Assembly: GCF_001194135.2 (NCBI RefSeq)
Contig: NC_068987.1
Location: 15,693,319-15,757,318, forward strand
Reading direction: 5' to 3'
Length of the DNA: 64,000 nucleotides
Origin: Octopus bimaculoides
Taxonomy: Eukaryota
This document shows positions 59,001 through 64,000 of this stretch, one piece after another. The first letter of the stretch is position 1. Every line of letters begins with the position of its first letter. The notes below the pieces were generated by a model. That model was not told the DNA's origin. It saw only the letters and a list, made by a program, of their open reading frames with translations, and made no database searches. Position numbers and translations under genes: made by a program.

Positions 59001-62000
59001 ATCATAAAATTTATCAACTAAATCTACCATGGTATTGGTTTCAAATTTTGGGGAAAGATGTAAGTCGATTATATCAGCCCCAGTGTTTGTCTGGTTCTTA
59101 TTTTATAAACCTCAAAAGGATGAAAGGCAAAGTTAACCTCAGCAGAATTTGAATTCAGAAAGGCGGCGGGCTGGCAGAAACGTTAGCACGCCAGGCGAAG
59201 TGCTTAGCGCAAATTCCACCAAGGTCGACTTTGCCTTTCATCCTTTCGGGGTCGATAAAGTACCAGTTACGCACTGGGGTCGATGTAATCAACTTAATCC
59301 CTTTGTCTGTCCTTGTTTGTCCCCTCTATGTTTAGCCCCTTGTGGGTAATAAAGAAATAAGAATTTGAATTCAGAACACAAAAGTAGATTAAATGCTACT
59401 AAGCATTTTGCCAGGCATGCTAACGACTGCCACTTCACCACCTTAATCTACAGTGATGTTAATAGCCTAAAAGTACTAAAGATATAAGAAAAAAAAGGAA
59501 TAAACAATAACAATTAACATAAAATTTTTGCTGTTTTTTTTTTAAAACATGAAATAACAGGATAAAATACTCTCGGTTTTCAATTACCTGTTAGTGATTA
59601 ACCTGGTGTTTACATATCGATATTCTCCTTCCAGACGCTGCTCTTTCATTGTCAGCTTAGCAACCGGACGGCGTACACTGAAGAGGAAGAAAATAGTAAA
59701 ATAGTTTATATATCAAAGATACAAAGATGCGGAGTTGCAATGAAGAATGGTCTAATGAAAAACATGGCAGCATCTCTCCTTGTAGAGTTAGAAATTCATA
59801 GTCCTTCACAAGACTGCATGCTGTGCCATGATATCTCAGGATATCTCAGAACAAAAATGCTTTACTTGTTTGTAAATATATCTACTGGAAAACATTAAAC
59901 AACTGAGAAGGATATGTATGTGTATGTATGGGAAGTACATATCCTAGGATGGACTGGATGCTTTTTATGTGGTTCCAGTACTAGCAGGGTCACCAAATAA
60001 CTTGCAAGACAAGGAGTGCTGGTGGCACGTAAAAATCACTATTCGAGCATGGTCGATGCCAGTGCAGCCTGACTGGTCCAGTACCAGTGGCACGTAAAAA
60101 GCACCATTCAAGTGTGGCTGATGCCATTACTTCCTGACTTGCCCTCGTGCCAGTGGCACATAAAAAGTACCTACTACACATTTGGAGTGGTTGGCGTTAG
60201 GAAGGGCATCCAGCTGTAGAAACATTGCCAGATCGGATTATAGCCTGGTGCAGCCTTTTGGCTCGCCAATCTTCAATCAAACCGTCCAACCCATGCCAGC
60301 ATAGAAAGCAGACGTTAGACGACGATGATGATGAGGAGGATACATACTTTAAAAATGCAAATATACTTTTTTATATTCAATTATTTAAATACATATAGGT
60401 ATTCAATACTTAACAAGTTTTAACTGGAAAAACTAAATTAAGATTACAGCCCAGTGTAGAAGAGAATTGAAATAATTATAACAATAACACACTAGGCAGT
60501 CATCATGCAGAGGAGGGGCTCTGTCCAGGAGATACAAAGAATGGCAACTACAGTTTGTCTGTGACCATGACACAGTAAAAGGCTTACTATGAAACATATC
60601 AACAGAAATCAAAACAAACCCACTAGTCTCAAACAAGGGAGATTCTTTTTTCAGAGACTGATGGAATCCTCTGACCAAAGCCCTTCTTTAGAAGATGGTA
60701 AAATGAAGAAAGAGGGAAAGAATTTGAAAGTTGTTAAGAGGAACAGCAAAGGTCAGGAACACTTGGAAAATAGGGATTATGTCATTGACCTGCTGAGGGA
60801 TGAAGAACAAAGAAAAGAGCTTTGATTGAGTGACTTGTACTTACCGTGTAAGGAGTAAACCAGATATAGCTAGGTACAATAACATTGTTGCTGGACCCTG
60901 TAATAGTAACAGATAGAAAGTAATAAAGTAGTAAATCTATTTAAGTCAGGCTTTAACTTTTTCATTACCATACTTCTAATCATATACTTAATGTATACAA
61001 TTCTTAATTAATTTTGATATAATTGAGATTAGAAGGTTTTAGTTACATAACTGATATTGTTGTTATTAAATCATTGTTTGGAATGTATCTTAACAAAAGA
61101 ATTCTTAAATAAAATTTTGATGACATATTCTAATTTAAATATAGACATTTTATAATGCTAGACTCAATATTAGAACCAACAGTAGTTTCACATAGGCTGG
61201 CCTAAAAAGAATTAAATAGAAATAGTGAAACTACAACTTCTTGAATATTTTGGTTACTAATTACACATGCTCAATCAAATGTTAGATGATAACGAGCTCT
61301 TCTTACCTGAATTCCAATACTATTGGTCAGTTTCAAGCTGTAGATGATTACATCCATAACAGGCTATAAAAGGAAGAAAACATTAAGAATTAACAGATTA
61401 GAAGGAACTCCTTTCATCCTGGCAGTACCAATGTTAGAATAGAATACACCCAATCTATACTATTAAGTGACTGACAACAGGAATGAAACTCCACACATTT
61501 AGTGTTCATTTCCCATGCTGGGGTGGGTTGGATGGCTTGATAGGAACTAGCCAGGCTAAGGGCCACAACGGGTTGCATAGTCTGTTTTGGCTTGGTTTCT
61601 ATGGTTGGATGCCCTTCCTAATGCCAATCACTTTGCAGAGTGTACTGGGTGTTTTTTACATAGCAGAATTACCAATACTTTTTACATGGCACTAGCACTC
61701 ACACCAATGCTTTTTATGTGGCACCTTGGTTTTAGCTCATCATAAAAAAAAGAAGAAAAACAAGCTGCTCCCCACAAAATAAAGCATGACAAATATACCA
61801 ACAAATATCAACATTTTATTCTGTTTATATCTTATAGTTAATATTTAGAGATTTTAGTCTGGGTAGGCAATGCCTGTTCTTGCCATCCTAGAATATGTAC
61901 CTCTGATACATATACAGATGTGCATATCCTTCTCAATTCTTTAAATCTCAGTAGATATATTAACAAACAGGTAAAGCTTTTTTTGTAAAACTATTGACAG

Positions 62001-62941
62001 GAAAATACAGAAAGAAAATGTCTGCCTACCTTACTTAAGTTGGAGTACAAATCAGCGACAGAGTTACAAAATTTCTCTACATCTTGAGTGAGGAGTTGAT
62101 CAGGGTTTGAAATACGATTATCAAGGTTACTCATCTTGTAAAATGTGAACCCTCTGAAGATAAAGAAAAATACATGTTTCTGAAATTTTTCTTCTTTTTT
62201 TTCTTTTTCTTTTTTGGTTAAATGAAAAGCATTTTAGTTAAGAAACTTGCTTNNNNNNNNNNNNNNNNNNNNNNNNNNNNNNNNNNNNNNNNNNNNNNNN
62301 NNNNNNNNNNNNNNNNNNNNNNNNNNNNNNNNNNNNNNNNNNNNNNNNNNNNNNNNNNNNNNNNNNNNNNNNNNNNNNNNNNNNNNNNNNNNNNNNNNNN
62401 NNNNNNNNNNNNNNNNNNNNNNNNNNNNNNNNNNNNNNNNNNNNNNNNNNNNNNNNNNNNNNNNNNNNNNNNNNNNNNNNNNNNNNNNNNNNNNNNNNNN
62501 NNNNNNNNNNNNNNNNNNNNNNNNNNNNNNNNNNNNNNNNNNNNNNNNNNNNNNNNNNNNNNNNNNNNNNNNNNNNNNNNNNNNNNNNNNNNNNNNNNNN
62601 NNNNNNNNNNNNNNNNNNNNNNNNNNNNNNNNNNNNNNNNNNNNNNNNNNNNNNNNNNNNNNNNNNNNNNNNNNNNNNNNNNNNNNNNNNNNNNNNNNNN
62701 NNNNNNNNNNNNNNNNNNNNNNNNNNNNNNNNNNNNNNNNNNNNNNNNNNNNNNNNNNNNNNNNNNNNNNNNNNNNNNNNNNNGGAAATAGGGTAACAGA
62801 GAAGATTGATTGAAGAATGGATGTTAGAAGATACACTGTGGAGGCAGGCTTCACAGAACCTCAATTCTGCTGAGATGGATGGGTCTTCTCAAAGACAGCA
62901 TATCACTATTCATCTTAGTCCCCAGTTGTCCCCTTTGAGAT

Positions 62942-62981
<40 letters not shown>

Positions 62982-63178
62982 TATACAATGTGGCCTGTGG
63001 TATCTCTAAAAAGACAGGATGATCATGATCTTGCCCTTAGATCACAAGTTTGCTCAGAGATGATAGACAGCTAAACAACAAGACCAGTTTAAATAAATTT
63101 AACTTACTTTAAATATTTCTCATATAGATGGTTTGTCAATCGAACTCTGAAGTGGAGCTTTAGTTTGCTGAGTCCATA
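45566..63178 (-). CDS. ABCD3: ATP-binding cassette sub-family D member 3 (PMP70), spliced, 5' exons beyond the window end
   Basis: Nineteen visible GT-AG exons join in frame. They encode [21 protein letters not shown], the EAA-like EEVAFYQG, Walker [10 protein letters not shown], Walker [13 protein letters not shown]-loop TVSHR and the C-terminal EFGS typical of ABCD3. Confidence 0.98.
46164..46220 (-). CDS. ABCD3: ABCD3 exon, H-loop ([19 protein letters not shown])
   Basis: cag/gtaata, 57 nt. Confidence 0.97.
47624..47728 (-). CDS. ABCD3: ABCD3 exon, Walker B ([35 protein letters not shown])
   Basis: cag/gtaact, 105 nt, lies within ORF 47525..47728. Confidence 0.98.
48206..48250 (-). CDS. 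ABCD3: Inferred ABCD3 exon with the ABC signature (DWMDVLSGGEKQRxA), almost entirely inside the N gap
   Basis: The protein lacks exactly this 15-aa segment between flanking exons. A t|gtaagt donor (48206|48205-48200) sits right at the gap edge. The upper coordinate is inferred. Confidence 0.7.
48207..48602. other. Assembly gap (N); other gaps at 8884-8973, 10360-10369, 42735-42848, 55973-55982 and 62253-62783
   Basis: Runs of n in the sequence. Confidence 0.99.
48610..48778. mobile_element. End of a hAT-like element with subterminal ~23-bp repeats; other end presumably in the gap
   Basis: Terminus tttgagaaccactg (reverse complement CAGTGGTTCTCAAA). Repeated att..gccccc.tt.g.ccac.cc units. 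Confidence 0.55.
48889..48939 (-). CDS. ABCD3: ABCD3 exon ([17 protein letters not shown])
   Basis: cag acceptor and gtttgt donor, 51 nt, phase 0 to 0. Confidence 0.9.
49974..50087 (-). CDS. ABCD3: ABCD3 exon ([38 protein letters not shown])
   Basis: tag/gtaagc, 114 nt. Confidence 0.96.
50173..50238 (-). CDS. ABCD3: ABCD3 exon ([22 protein letters not shown])
   Basis: cag/gtaagt, 66 nt, Q-loop. Confidence 0.97.
50372..50629. mobile_element. hAT MITE (258 bp)
   Basis: TIR caggggttttcaaact / agtttgaaaacccctg with a perfect 8-bp TSD gattagtc. Confidence 0.93.
50814..50891 (-). CDS. ABCD3: ABCD3 exon, Walker A ([26 protein letters not shown])
   Basis: tag/gtaagt, 78 nt. Confidence 0.98.
50980..51192 (+). 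mobile_element. Mariner-derived MITE
   Basis: TIR-like gaaagttcctggcttt / aaagccaggaacttttc. Internal remnant encodes [16 protein letters not shown], the mariner C-terminus. Confidence 0.75.
51896..51959 (-). CDS. ABCD3: ABCD3 exon ([21 protein letters not shown])
   Basis: cag/gtaagt, 64 nt. Confidence 0.96.
52281..52347 (-). CDS. ABCD3: ABCD3 exon ([22 protein letters not shown])
   Basis: cag/gtaagt, 67 nt, phase 1 to 2. Confidence 0.92.
52939..53024 (-). CDS. ABCD3: ABCD3 exon ([28 protein letters not shown])
   Basis: cag/gtgagc, 86 nt, lies within ORF 52835..53113. Confidence 0.96.
53948..54039 (-). CDS. ABCD3: ABCD3 exon ([31 protein letters not shown])
   Basis: cag/gtaaca, 92 nt. Confidence 0.97.
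54490..54587 (-). CDS. ABCD3: ABCD3 exon ([33 protein letters not shown])
   Basis: cag/gtgagg, 98 nt. Confidence 0.96.
56240..56309 (-). CDS. ABCD3: ABCD3 exon ([23 protein letters not shown])
   Basis: cag/gtaagt, 70 nt, lies within ORF 56097..56357. Confidence 0.95.
56430..56657 (-). mobile_element. tRNA-derived SINE with a V-domain-like core (gcgatggactggcgtcccatccag)
   Basis: Reverse complement starts ggcttagtggttaggttg and has a B-box-like ttctattcc. A related older copy lies at about 21085-21240 (+). The V-domain assignment is from memory. Confidence 0.7.
56871..56940 (-). CDS. ABCD3: ABCD3 exon ([23 protein letters not shown])
   Basis: cag/gtaagc, 70 nt, EAA-like motif. Confidence 0.95.
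59161..59360 (+). mobile_element. SINE family A copy nested in an antisense family A copy (59040-59445)
   Basis: 16-bp TSD gaatttgaattcagaa at 59145-59160 and 59361-59376. Confidence 0.85.
59588..59677 (-). CDS. ABCD3: ABCD3 exon ([30 protein letters not shown])
   Basis: cag/gtaatt, 90 nt. Confidence 0.96.
60845..60897 (-). CDS. ABCD3: ABCD3 exon ([18 protein letters not shown])
   Basis: cag/gtaagt, 53 nt. Confidence 0.93.
61307..61363 (-). CDS. ABCD3: ABCD3 exon ([19 protein letters not shown])
   Basis: tag/gtaaga, 57 nt. Confidence 0.93.
62030..62153 (-). CDS. ABCD3: ABCD3 exon ([41 protein letters not shown])
   Basis: cag/gtaggc, 124 nt, strongly conserved ABCD motif. Confidence 0.97.
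63108..63178 (-). CDS. ABCD3: ABCD3 exon ([24 protein letters not shown])
   Basis: cag/gtaagt on the minus strand, 71 nt. Confidence 0.95.
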
Positions 63179-64000
63179 CTGAGAAGAAAAAGAAGAAAGG
63201 TGAATAGCATACAAATTATATCAGTGGCAAGGAAAAAAAATGCAGAGAAATATAACACTATTTATAACATATAAATATGTTGAATCAAGGTTATTATTTC
63301 AAAGCAAGTTTAACAAAAATGGAACATTAACTAGTGGGGGACTCAATACTGGGTGTAGAATCAAATTTATTGTAAAATTTAAGAGGAGTAAGATATTTAA
63401 GTTTTGTTAAATGGATTATTCAGTCAGTTGATTAAGGTTAATTGAATAATCCATTAGGTAAAACAAAGACCCAATTAACATAAAATCTATAATAAAGTAG
63501 TTGTATACTGTCACATTAAGTTGACAGCATACAACTGCTTTATCGTAACACTGCTGCTTAATTCTCTCTGTGAGATTTATAATTAAATCATTTCTAATAT
63601 ATATAATAAAGTATATCATTATTATCATAACATCCACTTTTCCATGCTTGCATGGGTTGGACAGAGCTTATTAAGGCAGACAACATTCCTGTTGCCAACT
63701 CTTGCCCTTTAACCAAGCAAGATAATATTTATCCATGGCCAGACATGTTTTTCTGCATAATATTGGAAATGACTAAGGTGGCAAAGTGGCAGAATTGTTA
63801 ACATGCCAGGTAAAATGCTTAGCAGCATTTCATCTGTCTTTGCATTCTGAGTTCAAATTCTGCCATGGTCAACTTTGCCTTTCATCTTTTTGGGGTTAAT
63901 AAGATAAGTACCAATTGAACACTGGGGTGAATATAATCAATTCGTGCCTCCCTCTAAATTGCTGGCTTTGTACCAAAATTTGAAACCAATATTAGAAATG

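Overview
AT-rich, microsatellite-dense animal genomic DNA. The SINE families and exon sequences point to an octopod cephalopod (inference). The window holds the 3' parts of two convergent intron-rich genes. On the + strand is the phosphorylase b kinase regulatory subunit alpha gene (PHKA1/2 orthologue): 12 well-supported coding exons from 337 to the stop at 38711, ending in the CaaX motif CAIS. On the - strand is the peroxisomal ABC half-transporter ABCD3/PMP70: 19 visible coding exons from 63178 down to the stop at 45566, plus one exon carrying the LSGGE signature that is inferred to lie in the N gap at 48207-48602. All exon boundaries were read by hand and are phase-consistent. Introns are packed with tRNA-derived SINEs, a fragmented mariner, RTE-like and R4/Dong-like (RLE) LINE remnants, and hAT, mariner, TTAA and Mutator-like MITEs. 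Most notable unexplained structure: (1) a candidate pair of frame-enforced mutually exclusive 74-nt PHKA exons, one behind a ~260-nt AG-exclusion zone and the other carrying an RRRES PKA-type site; (2) a tRNA-headed short element with a Penelope-type hammerhead motif and an inverted terminal segment; (3) two different 9-bp-TSD foldback elements carrying telomere-like TTAGGG repeats; (4) three RLE retroelement remnants that all abut (TAA)n tracts; (5) an intronic NRF1-type promoter-like patch. No searches or folding programs were run, so family names rest on recalled motifs.
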